A DNA stretch of 64,000 nucleotides from positions 32,240,001 through 32,304,000 of the forward strand of contig OX597827.1 of NCBI GenBank assembly GCA_951406725.2, read 5' to 3'. Shown one piece after another: positions 42,283 to 54,526 of this stretch. The notes under the pieces are model-generated. The model made no database searches and had not been told where the DNA came from. It saw only the letters and a program-made list of their open reading frames with translations. Every line of letters begins with the position of its first letter. Positions within the stretch are counted from its first letter, which is position 1. This DNA comes from Octopus vulgaris (taxonomy: Eukaryota). The position numbers were made by a program, and so were the translations under genes.

Positions 42283-43113
42283 CGATAGATAGATAGATAG
42301 ATAGATAGATAGGGGCGCTACTAAATTTGTTGATTCTAGAGTAACATACAAGCTTAAACTTCGTTTGGTATGGCTATATATTTACGTGTCTAAATGTGTG
42401 TATGCGCATGCGTGCGTTTGTCGTTCCGTCACATATTTATCGTTTGCGTAATAAGTATACTCTTTTACTCTCTTTTACTTGTTTCAGTCATTTGACTGCA
42501 GCCATACTGGAGCACCGCCTTTAGTCGAGCAAATCGACCCCGGGACTTATTCTTTGTAAGCCCAGTACTTATTCTATCGGTCTCTTTTGACGAACCGCTA
42601 GGTGACGGTGACGTAAACACACCAGCATCGGTTGTCAAGCAATGCTAGAGGGACAAACACAGACACACAAACATATACACACACATACATATATACATAT
42701 ATAGTCGTTATCTTTTTTATTTACTCTTCGTTTCTATTTTTTATTATTTATATATTTGTGTCGTTATTTATTTGTTCTGACGATGTCGTTCGTGACTAGT
42801 ACTTGTTCGATTTTAGCTAAGACGGGAACACTAACAGCCACCCAGTTATCAACAACAATAACCACAACTAGAGAGATTTATATTTCATAGTAAAATATAG
42901 GAAAATAATTGTGTCTCATTATTCCTTGCTCTAATAATGAAGCACACACTTCGAAGATACAAACAGCTGAACATTAAATTGTTTAATACAGTAACAATAT
43001 GTTCATCCACACACAAACACACACACACACACACATATGTGTACACATAGACGCAGACACACACAGACACACACAGGCAAAGACACATACAAACACACAC
43101 ACACACATATGTG

Positions 43114-43155
<42 letters not shown>

Positions 43156-43213
43156 CATACATTTTTATGCATGCATATGTATATATATATATATATAAAT
43201 ACTTATATATATG

Positions 43214-43244
<31 letters not shown>

Positions 43245-43295
43245 GTATATATATACATATATATATGTATATATATGTATATATATATATACATA

Positions 43296-43329
<34 letters not shown>

Positions 43330-43515
43330 CATACATATATATGTATATACACGTACGTATGTATATACATATATATACACATACATATATATACATATAT
43401 ACATGAATATATATATGTGTGTGTATATGCATATATGTATATACATACATATATATATATACACACATATATATATGTATATATATATATAAATACATAT
43501 ATATATATATATATA

Positions 43516-43566
<51 letters not shown>

Positions 43567-43964
43567 AACAAAACGACAATAAGTGATTGTTTATGGTAAA
43601 CAAAACGACAATAAGTGATTTTTAAAAAAAAACCTTAGAAGATTTGACGTCAAAGTTAGATAGTAGGAAGAGAAGGGTTAAAGGAATAATAGGTAGGGAA
43701 CAAGTGGAAAGGGAAGGGTATGTTGATTAAGAACGTTCAAAGGCTTAGGAAAGAATTTCACTATTGAAGTGGAGTGTATGTTAAGCTAATTGTTCAAAGC
43801 ACGATGCCTATCGTAATCATTTGTAAGAGTAAAAAGTATGTTTCTGCCAGTGCTTACATTTATAGGATTTCTCTATGAGTGTGTTTATTGTCACTTATTG
43901 TCGTTTTGTTTACCATGTAGACAGTCATCGAAATTTTTCTTTGTCTTGTTGCCGAGAGAGGCTC

Positions 43965-44057
43965 CCTTTCTTTCCTGATGAGAAGATTGCATCATACACC
44001 CTTTATTCCTTTGGAATGAAACCATGTGGTCTTCGAAACATATGTCGAGAGTAAAGG
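43965..44057 (+). ncRNA. Type I hammerhead ribozyme, intact
   Basis: Stem I ctttc/gagag, extended by ccttt/aaagg; CTGATGA 43975-81; 11-bp stem II gaagattgcat/atgtggtcttc; GAAA 44035-38; palindromic AC-ATAT-GT; GUC with cut after 44046. Confidence 0.9.
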
Positions 44058-44256
44058 AATTTTGTTAACATCTTCGTTCGACTCCATTTTTTCATTTATT
44101 CATATATAACACACAAATTTCTGCAAATGAACCCGAAGTTTCTACCCTTGAACAGGTCACTTCAACCGTGTTTCTTACGCGAATTTGCTACCCTGGTATC
44201 GGTTCAACGAATTTTCCATGCTGACGATAAACGTAGGATAATTCATTCACCTATTG

Positions 44257-44293
<37 letters not shown>

Positions 44294-44303
44294 CCTTGTG
44301 TGT

Positions 44304-44363
<60 letters not shown>

Positions 44364-44382
44364 AGCCGCAGGAGTGGCTGTG

Positions 44383-44534
44383 TGATAAGTAGCTTCCTAA
44401 CCAACCACATGGTTCCGGGTTCAGTCCCACTGCGTGGCATCTTGAGCAAGTGTCTTCTGCTATAGCCTCGGGCCGACCAAAGCCTTGTGAGTGGATTTGG
44501 TAGACGGAAACTGAAAGAAGCCTGTCGTATATAC

Positions 44535-44572
<38 letters not shown>

Positions 44573-44790
44573 ATGTGTTTGTGTGTCTGTGTTTGTCCCC
44601 CTAGCATTGCTTGACAACCGATGCTGGAGTGTTTACGACCCCGTCACTTAGCGGTTCGGCAAAAGAGACCGATAGAATAAGTACTGGGCTTACAAAGAAT
44701 AAGTCCCGGGGTTGATTTGCTCGACTAAAGGTGGTGCTCCAGCATGGCCGCAGTCAAATGACTGAAACAAGTAAAAAAGATAAAAGAGAA
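44383..44790 (+). mobile_element. SINE family B, bipartite around a microsatellite. Other copies ~2235-2545, 6255-6895, 7790-7962, 8611-8777, 9400-9595, 15325-15760, 20720-21160, 21225-21585, 21645-21960, 42460-42670, 46120-46890, 47770-48200, 62452-62615
   Basis: A-box-like TGGCTGTGTGG (consensus), B-box-like GGTTCAGTCCC, core gcaccttgggcaagtg, and tail ccagcatggccgcagtcaaatgactgaaacaagtaaaag. Confidence 0.9.
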
Positions 44791-44832
<42 letters not shown>

Positions 44833-44854
44833 GTATATATATATATATATATAC

Positions 44855-44923
<69 letters not shown>

Positions 44924-44929
<6 letters not shown>

Positions 44930-45766
44930 ATATTTAATTCTTATGCTTTCCTAAAAACTTGATTTCGAAACGTACGTCCGTAGATAACTTAAAATTGTAT
45001 GATAGATTGCCGTCAATTCATTCCCTCTTACCTGTTTGTGTCTGCCTTCCAATTGCTGTTTTTACTGAGATCTCCCTTTTTAGTAGAAGAAATAGCTATA
45101 ACTCTTTGACTGCTATTTCTAAATTCGGTATGTGGTAAGGCAATTCGTTGCCAAACCCTTTATTGCTTAGTATTACTTAAATTTTCCTCGAATGAGGCTT
45201 TTACATGCCGAAGACTACTTGGTGTTATTGATAATTATTCCAAATTAATTAATTTCACCCTTCATTATTACGGATAACCATATTTTATCTCAGTAGATGA
45301 CCACAGCATCTTGTTTTGGCTACACGCGGGTGGGAAGGGGCTGGTGACACAATCTTTTCATTCACACATTGAATTTGGTGATACTAGTTGCGGATTCTAG
45401 CTCGCTCTGATACTGAGTTGAGTTGATGCCTTCTAGTATCTCAAAATTCAATATATAATCATTTATGATTATAGTATTCTACGCTGAAGAGAAAAGAAGT
45501 TCTTGGTAAGATAGAATTATTTAATATTTAATTCTTATGCTTTCCTAAAAACTTGATTTCGAAACGTACGTCCGTAGATAACTTAAAATTGTATGATAGA
45601 TTGCCGTCAATTCATTCCCTCTTACCTGTTTGTGTCTGCCTTCCAATTGCTGTTTTTACTGAGATCTCCTTTTTAGTAGAAGAAATAGCTATAACTCTTT
45701 GACTGCTATTTCTAAATTCGGTATGTGGTAAGGCAATTCGTTGCCAAACCCTTTATTGCTTAGTAT
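44924..45766 (+). mobile_element. Retrozyme-like / non-autonomous Penelope-like element, ~594-nt unit in partial tandem
   Basis: 44924-45173 is repeated almost exactly at 45518-45766 (one 1-nt indel seen). It contains the hammerhead, has no ORF in the track, and has (TA)n on both sides. Confidence 0.8.
45478..45578 (+). ncRNA. Type I hammerhead ribozyme, intact
   Basis: Stem I tctacg(45478-83)/cgtaga(45573-78); CTGAAGA 45484-90; stem II gaaa..aagtt/aactt..tttc; GAAA 45561-64; palindromic stem III AC-GTAC-GT; GUC triplet with predicted cut after 45572. Confidence 0.9.
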
Positions 45767-45806
45767 ATATATATATATATATAATTTGAAACTGACTTAT
45801 TGAAGT

Positions 45807-45849
45807 CCACCTGAAGATTGTCGATCAAGACAAGAAACGATTGTAGTGG
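45807..45849 (+). ncRNA. Minimal type I hammerhead ribozyme, intact
   Basis: ccac CTGAAGA ttgtc gatcaa gacaa GAAA c gatt g TA gtgg: all three stems and the full core are present, in a ~165-bp island between TA tracts. Confidence 0.85.
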
Positions 45850-45942
45850 CGGTTTTTTTGACTATTTATTAAAATTTTATGTATTGATTAAGTCTTTCCT
45901 TGTTTGTTTTGCAAAATAGTGGTTTTGTCTCTAATAATATTT

Positions 45943-45975
<33 letters not shown>

Positions 45976-46318
45976 ACTATTTCTCTCTAGTTAGCTCTCT
46001 CATATCCCAGAAACAGCTGTAAGACTACCTTTCGCTTTATAAATGTCCTATAAACTCTACATACCCTTGGCTTTGTTATCGCATTTTATTTAACACACAC
46101 ACACACATAAATATATATATACTCTTTACTCTTTTACTTGTTTTAGTCATTTGACAGAGGCCATGCTAGAGCACCGACATTAGCCAAGCAAATCGACCCC
46201 AAGACTTATTCTTTGTAAGCTCAGTACTTATTCTATCGGTCTCTTTTGCCGAATTGCTAAGTTATGGGGACGTAAACACACCAGCATCGGTTGTCAAGCG
46301 ATGTTTGGGGGACAAACA

Positions 46319-46372
<54 letters not shown>

Positions 46373-46551
46373 GATATATATATATATGGGTGTGTGTGAT
46401 TGTGTATAGAAGAATATATTAATAAAAAGAATTCCAACCTTGTCTGATTTTCACGTTTTATTTACAATCTTATAATGATATATTATAAGATAATATATTA
46501 TAATTGAATAAAATAAAATGAAATAGTAGAATGTTAAATATTCATTCTGAT

Positions 46552-46596
46552 TGAACTAGTACTTTCATGCATTGAATTCTGCAATCTTCGGGTTCA
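46552..46596 (-). ncRNA. Hammerhead ribozyme with CCGAAGA core, in ~220-bp repeat 46420-46638
   Basis: tgaac CCGAAGA ttgca gaattcaa tgcat GAAA gtac TA gttca; the consensus with the 10528 copy is canonical. Confidence 0.75.
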
Positions 46597-46682
46597 TGTA
46601 GTAGTGTTGACAGTCATGCTTCACAATTTTTGACTGTATATATATATATACTAATATATATATATACATACATATATATGTA

Positions 46683-46735
<53 letters not shown>

Positions 46736-46891
46736 GACGGGCTTCTTTCAGTTTCCTTCTACCAAATCCACTCACAAGGCTTTAGTCGGCCCGAGGCTAT
46801 AGCAGAAGACACTTGGCCAAGGTGCCACGCAGTGGGACTGAACCCGGAACCATGTGGTTGGTAAGCAAGCTACTTACCACACAGCCACTCG

Positions 46892-46937
<46 letters not shown>

Positions 46938-47541
46938 GAGTGAGAATATATACACACACACATATATGCATCTATATGTATATTTATGTGAGTGATTTTG
47001 TGTGTACATGTGTGGGATGAGTGCCTGTGCGTGCATATCTGCGTGTGCGTGCGTGCGTGCGTATGTGAGTGTGTTTGTGTGTATGTATAAATTGATTTTA
47101 TGAAGCCGTCGAAGAAGACAGCGCTTAAGAATGAAAGAAATCGAGAAATGGAATTGACAACTTCGTGTCTTGAGAATATCATGTTAATGCCATAACACGA
47201 GAAACGATTCTTTGAGTCTTTTTTTTTTCGTTTATTTTTTTTTCTTGTATTTCGATGCCAGACAAATCACATATGCGTGAGTGCGTGCACGCAAGCAAAC
47301 ACGTATGGTTACACACAATTGCGCATGCACATGGACACATACAAACACACGCTCGTGCTTACGTAAACACGCATTATCACGCTCAGTGGCGCATACTTCC
47401 GTACATAACAGTGCCATACAGACACACGGACAGATGTTCACGCATTTACACATACACACACGCACGCGCGCAAAACACGGTTTTGCAGCCAAAATATGCA
47501 TAGTCACGCAAGCAAAAGCACACACATGCAACGCACACACG

Positions 47542-47585
<44 letters not shown>

Positions 47586-47588
47586 TAA

Positions 47589-47625
<37 letters not shown>

Positions 47626-48317
47626 TGTGTACAGGTATATATATATATATCGTGTGTGTGTATGTATATATATACAAGTATGTATGTATAGCTATTTATC
47701 TATCTATATATCTTTATACATTTATATCATTTACACACAGACACAGATACACACACACACACATCCTATACTTTTATTCTTTTATTTGTTTCTGTGATTT
47801 GACTGCGGTCATGCTTGAGCATCGCCCTGAAGGATTTTAGTCGAATAAATCAACCCTAGGACTTAGCTTTTAAGCCTAGTATTTATTGTATTGAACACCT
47901 TTTGCTGAACCGCTAAGTTACGGAGACGTAAAAACAAACATACCGACACTGGTTGTCAAGTGATGATTAGGGGCCAACTATATACACACACACACACACA
48001 CATATACATACATACGCACACACATATGCATACATATATACGACGGCCTTCTTTCAGTTTCTGTCCACCAAATCAATTCACAAGGCCTTGGTCGGCCCGA
48101 AGTTATAGTAGTAGACACTTGCCCAAGGTGCTATGCAGTAGGACTGAACCCGGAACCATGTGGTTCGGATGAAAGCTTCTTACCACACAGTCACGCCTAT
48201 GCCTATATATATAATTCTTAAAATTAATATAGGTTAGGTAAAATTAAAGAATTTTTTTCTACCAGTGGCCTAGCATCTATACAAAGTCAATAGACATATT
48301 TTTCATATAAAATTAGT

Positions 48318-48566
48318 GTACATTTATGTAAAAAAAGGGGTGTGCCTTAACAGGTTACCTTACATGCTAGAAGGAACAGTTAAAAGTCCAAACGACAGTT
48401 AAGAGAAATTTCGAAGGGAAGGAAAAATAAAAATTTAAATATTTACCAAATGTTTTTATTTTTCATTTCCTTCGAAATTGCTCATAACTGTGGTTTGGAC
48501 TTTTGACTGTTCCTTCTGGCATGTAAGGCGACCTGTTAAGGTTCACCTCTTTTTGTGTTTAAATGT

Positions 48567-48571
<5 letters not shown>
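48318..48571. repeat. ~115-bp imperfect inverted repeat (foldback)
   Basis: ccttaacagg..ttcgaagg pairs with ccttcgaa..cctgttaagg across a short loop. Confidence 0.85.
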
Positions 48572-48603
<32 letters not shown>

Positions 48604-49023
48604 TTATTTATTTATTTATTGCCCACAGAGGGCTAAACATAGAGGGAACAAACAAGGACAGACAAAGGGATTATGTCGATTACATCGACCCCAGTACGCA
48701 ACTGGTACTTTATTTATCGACCCCGAAAGGATGAACGGCAAAGTCGACCTCGGCGGAATTTGAATTCAGAACGTAGCGGCAGACGAAATACCACTAAGCA
48801 TTTTGCCCAGCATGCTAACGATTCTGCCAGCTCGCCGCCTTATATATATAAATTATTAAGGTGGCTATTTGCAATTTAGAATCGAAAGACAGAAGTGTAG
48901 TCTTTCGATGGTGGGCGCTAGTGAGCACCAACATTGCTATGAGTCAGAATAATTCTTAGCCACGTGAGAGCACTTATTTAACGGCTGACAAGGGAGGAAA
49001 GCTCCCTACGGCAAGCGAGATGG

Positions 49024-49072
49024 AATCATATCATCAGATGATTTCAGGTATGATTAATCTTCATCAGTAACC
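49024..49072 (-). ncRNA. Hammerhead motif with weak stem II, inside ~327-bp partial tandem 48856-49230
   Basis: ggtta CTGATGA ag...ct GAAA tcat ctg atga TA tgatt; 48856-48903 recurs, diverged, at 49183-49230. Confidence 0.55.
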
Positions 49073-49252
49073 AATTACTGCGTCGCCGAGGGTTGAAGAA
49101 CTTAACTCACTTTGTCAGTCTTATAGAGAACACCATAACAAACATTGACTGATTTCAAAAATAGTGAAGTGAAACTTATAAATTAAGGTAGCTATTCGTA
49201 ATTTAGAATCGAATGGTAGAAGTAGAGTCGTCACTATATGTATGTGTGTGTA

Positions 49253-49293
<41 letters not shown>

Positions 49294-49379
49294 GAAATTT
49301 ACAGAAAAACAAAAGACAAAGACAGGTATATAAACAACAAGTATGTGTATTGGTTTGACGCTCGGGAAGGTGAAACAGT

Positions 49380-49415
49380 CTTTTACGTTTCAAGCCTATG
49401 CTCTTCAACAGAAAG
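49380..49415 (-). ncRNA. Minimal hammerhead motif, one core substitution
   Basis: cttt CTGTTGA a gagc atag gctt GAAAC GTA aaag; stem III has no loop and is palindromic. Confidence 0.65.
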
Positions 49416-49744
49416 GAATAAGAGGAAATAAATAGAAAGATAATAAATTTTTAAAAACTTGTGGATTTAGCTGCCAATCATGGCGGCCCAGGCTATGTCT
49501 GATTTAATAGCACCACCTAGAAGAGATACACAGTCAGCTCTTGGGCACCACAGCCCATTCGAGCAGCGAGTTGTTGTTTTCAGAGACATTTCCGGATGTG
49601 GGTGGTTTGTCTGGTATTTGTTGGAGATAATCATCTGGGACCGTTGGAATGCCGTGAAATCACTTTCCTCTTTTATGTGGGCTGGCACGATGCTGAAGAG
49701 AACAGGGCCAGTTGAGGTGAAATAGTTCTGACGTAGTATTGTGA

Positions 49745-49990
49745 TACGACACGAACATTATTTCTTTAGTGGACGGACGGCACGGGCGCCAAGCCTCGGA
49801 TTAATTTTAAAGATGGTACCTAAATCATACAGGCAATGTTGATGGAATAGTTTCCACATCATACAGATGATATAGCGCTCATGGCGGCGCTGGAGGGAAT
49901 AAAGCCTGAGCTTTTTGAGTCGATCCCAATAGTCAAGGCTTATCATGTCATCTCGTGTTTTTTTGTGATTGATCTCTGGGGAGCTTCAAT
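49745..49990 (-). mobile_element. CR1/L2-group LINE 3' fragment
   Basis: LDYWDRLKKLRLYSLQRRHER motif. Confidence 0.8.
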
Positions 49991-50093
49991 TTTCATATTT
50001 TGTATTGTGAATATATATTCTCTCCCCAGACACAATAATATAAATATATATATATGTATATATACACGAACACACAGAACCACATATATATAT

Positions 50094-50149
<56 letters not shown>

Positions 50150-50736
50150 ACACACACATATACATGTACACAAACAAATATATATGCAGAAACATAAATA
50201 AGTCAAAGAAAAAGTAAGAACTATGATATGGTTGGTTGAGTTTCAGAAGCGTGATTGGTTCGTTGGTTTGGGTGGTTTGCTGGCCGGTTGGTTGGTAGGG
50301 ATGGGTGTTAGTTTAACGAATGAGTGTTCAATCCACACGTAGAGACGCTGTTGCCAGTGTTTGTAGGAACACTTGGAATGATCCAAAAAGGCAACTGAAA
50401 ATTATTCGAGAATCATCTCAGACTTACCATCCATGGAAGCGACAATGTTATTCTCAATACGTCACACGTAGAGAATTTTCTTTCCTGTAAATTTTCTTTC
50501 CTTTGCCCCCTTTTTTTCTTTGTTTTCCTTTTTCCTATTTTTCTTTTTTCCTTTTGTTTAATTCCTTTTCCCCTTTTTTTATTCTCACATAACTTGGCTT
50601 TGTAAATGGACAATCTGGTGTGTTTATTTTAATGGCCTACAAATGTATACAGTGAGTTTCTTTGCCCTAGGTGTCGGAAAGACACCCAGCAAAAAACGTA
50701 AACAAAGTTAAAAGAAGAAAAATGATAATAATAAAA

Positions 50737-51117
50737 ACAAGAGCACTCAGAGAGCGCAGACCTTCGCCAAGGCAACACCAACGTCCTTTCAACTATTAGC
50801 CGGAGATGTCTTTTTAAAATGAGAATATCTGAAATAGACTCGGCTGCCCTCACAAATGAGAATACAAAAAATGTACCCGACCGCTCTCAAAAATTAAGTA
50901 AAAAAGAAAATACAGGAAAAATAATCCAGAATCCTCGTTCGGTACTGGATCGATCCCAAAATTTAATCAGTTGGTGTCAGTCACAAGACCAAACATCTCT
51001 GAAAGTTTCATCCGAATCCATCCAGCGGTTCTTGAGATATCTTGTCCCCGGACACAAAAAAACACAAAAAAAAACACAACTGAAACAATACCTCCGCCTT
51101 CGCTAAGGTGGAGGTAA
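50737..51117. mobile_element. Helentron/DINE-1-like non-autonomous element
   Basis: Terminal hairpin tacctccgcctt-cgct-aaggtggaggta, with a subterminal accttcgcc complementary to its 3' arm. Confidence 0.55.
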
Positions 51118-51173
51118 TAATAATAATAATGATAATAATACTAATAATAATACTAATAATAATAATGATGATG

Positions 51174-51216
<43 letters not shown>

Positions 51217-51284
51217 TAATAATAATGATAATAATAATAATAATAATGATGATGATAATAATAATAATAATAATAATGATGATG

Positions 51285-51348
<64 letters not shown>

Positions 51349-51456
51349 TAATAATAATAATAATGATGATGATAATAATAATAACAATAATAATAACAAT
51401 AATAATAATAATAATAATAATAATGATAATAATAATAATGATAATAATAATGATAA

Positions 51457-52488
51457 TTAGTATTTAAGGAAGCTGACAAATACAAACAAGAAATCATACC
51501 ACCTAATAAACATGAAGAAGAAGAAGAAGAAGAAGAAGAAGAAGAAGAAGATGAAGAAACAAGAAAAGCTATAAAACAAATGAAATCCAAACTAAAAATA
51601 GAACAGCAACGAACCATGATAAAACGATGGCAAGAAAAGCCCCTTCATGGTAAATACTGGACTAAACTAAACGCAAAAGAAATAGACAAAGAAAAATCCC
51701 AGCAATGGTTGAGAAGCTCAGGACTCAAAGCAGAAACAGAGGGATTTTTAATTGCAGCACAAGACCAAAGCCTCCCCACCAGAAATTACCAAAAACATGT
51801 AATGAAAAGAAATATTACAAGTAACTGCAGAATATGTGGAGATGGACAAGAAACAATAAATCATATTATCTCTAGCTGCCCAGTCCTGGCTAAGAAGGAA
51901 TATATTCACAGACATGACAGAGTTGGAACCTACATACATTGGAAGCTATGCCAACATTATGGAATAACAACAGAAAAAAGATGGTATAGGCACACACCAG
52001 AAAAGGTCACAGAAAACGAGAAAGCAACCATACTCTGGGATATGCCGATACACACAGATAGAGAAATTAAGGCCAACAGACCAGATATAGTTGTCAGAGA
52101 TCATGAAGAAAAATATGCTTTCTAATTGATGTATCAATAACGGCAGATGACAACGTGTCTCTAAAAGAAATGGAGAAACTCTCAAAATACAAAGACCTGG
52201 AAATAGAGGTAACTAGAATGTGGAATCTGAAAGCAGAAACAATTCCTATCATAGTAGGTGCATTAGGCATGATAAAAAAATATTCAGACAAATACATAAC
52301 AAAAACACCAGGACTTACAAACACATATAACATACAGAAAATTGCACTACTAGGCACTGCACACATCCTACGCAGAACACTTTCCATACAATAACCATCA
52401 GAGCATCACAACAAATCACAGCACATACGCAAGGCACACAGAGCTGCGCTCGGTAGTGAAGTGAAAGCACGCTATAAAAATAAAACTA

Positions 52489-52491
<3 letters not shown>
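51457..52491 (+). mobile_element. R4/Dong-type RLE non-LTR retrotransposon, 5'-truncated, in (TAA)n
   Basis: LHGKY, ETEGFLIAAQDQ, CRIC..ETINHIISSC, RHD, RPDIVV and K..KY.DL motifs; frameshift near 52115; long TAA tracts at 51115-51456 and 52492-52684. Confidence 0.92.
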
Positions 52492-52559
<68 letters not shown>

Positions 52560-52582
52560 TAATAATAATGATAATAATAATG

Positions 52583-52667
<85 letters not shown>

Positions 52668-52684
52668 TGATGATAATAATAATA

Positions 52685-53182
52685 AATGCCCTGATGCAGT
52701 ACCAGGCAGTAGTTCTCAGGGTTTATGATCTTAAGTGATTGGAAGTGTTATCATGTACATTGTTTTGTCTTGGTATAAAAGATGGACTACAGCAAATATT
52801 CTGCTCAATACCACAGATTTGCTTGTCAGTTGTTTGACCTTAACCAGTAGAGCATGTCCCTTAGTGGCTGATATGTGCATCTCTGATCACGAGCAGAAGT
52901 AGTGGGGGAGCATCATAGCCATGTGTTGAGAGGGATTCTTTGGGGTTTGAATAATTCACCTTTGGAAACATGGGTGTTTTGTTCAACATCCTTAAACAAA
53001 CCTTATTCAGTGACCTTCTGAGTAGACCGAGCTTCTCGAACTGAAGAAAATTCTAACTGGGCCCACCTGCAAGGTTATGCGCTGATGTATCGTTATGAGG
53101 CGGGGAGTCATGATGAGTATATTTGGCTTCGTATATTTGTACCTCGGAGTCACTTTGATGGCATGCACTGCTCTTACAATCG
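52685..53182. mobile_element. Non-coding repeat inserted in (TAA)n
   Basis: 52975-53180 matches 3447-3698, and both copies are flanked by TAA repeats. Confidence 0.7.
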
Positions 53183-53415
53183 ATAATAATGATAAATAAT
53201 AATTTTTTTTTACTATAGCCACAAGGCTATAATGTAGGAAGGGGTTGAGTCGATTTCGTTGACGCTAGTACTCATCTCGTACTTATTTCGTCGACCCCGA
53301 AAGAATGAAAGGCAAAGTGGACCCCGGCGGCATTTGAACTCTGAATGTAAAGACGGACGAAATACCGCTAAGCATTTTTCCACCACGGTAACGATTCTGT
53401 CAGATCACCGGCTTT

Positions 53416-53473
<58 letters not shown>

Positions 53474-54022
53474 AAAAAGAAGAGCAATAACAATACAACA
53501 CGAAGACGAAGAAGAAGAAGAAGAAGAAGAAGAAGATCATGAGGATAATCATGATGACGATGTCGACGACGATGACGACGACGACGACGACGATGATGAT
53601 GATGATGATGATGATGATGGTGATGAGGAGGGGGAGGAGGAGGAGGAGGAGGAGGAGGTTGATCGAGAAAATGGAGTGTGCATGGGGAAATGTGGATCAC
53701 GCACTGCTACCATGTATAAACTTCGTGTTAAGTGAAGTGCCTCGAAACCTTGCTTAACCTTCTTTCAGAAAAGTAGAAACTGAAAGAGTCGAAGGTGGAG
53801 TGTGAGGTGGGTTGGAGGAGGGAGAGAGAGAGACTCGAGCAGTGGAAAAGATGCTGGCGATATCGATGATGGTAGGGCTGTTAGAATTGGTGAAAGAAGT
53901 GAGTTGATGATGCATTGATACATTTTGACATGTGTCTGTGAATGTGCGTGGGTGTGCGAGTGGGTGCGTGTGCGAGTGGGTGCGTGTGCAACTATGTTGT
54001 GTGTACATAGGCATGCACATCT

Positions 54023-54132
<110 letters not shown>

Positions 54133-54337
54133 GGATGGATGGATGGATGGATGGATGGATGGATGGATGGGCAGATAATTGAAAGATAGACATATAGATA
54201 TGCATGTGTGTATGCGTGTGTGTAGATGAGTGTGTAGATGTGTGTGTGTGTGTGGATACATATACATATATATATATGTATTTAAATATATACACATATA
54301 TGTATACATATACGTAGATATTTACACACACACACAC

Positions 54338-54369
<32 letters not shown>

Positions 54370-54457
54370 GCATGCATACATAAGCGTAGATATGATATAG
54401 CTATAACGATATAAAGTTATACATACATGCATACATTCATATATGTATAGGCATATA

Positions 54458-54526
<69 letters not shown>

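Noticed and set aside
42772-42837. ttgtt CTGACGA..gtc/gac..GGAA..aacag hammerhead candidate
   Set aside because: GAAA and UH are both altered and stem III is absent.
52687-52765. HDV-like ribozyme at the start of the TAA-associated repeat
   Set aside because: A G-U-initiated 7-bp stem is present, but the P1.1, L3 and J4/2 consensus elements are not.
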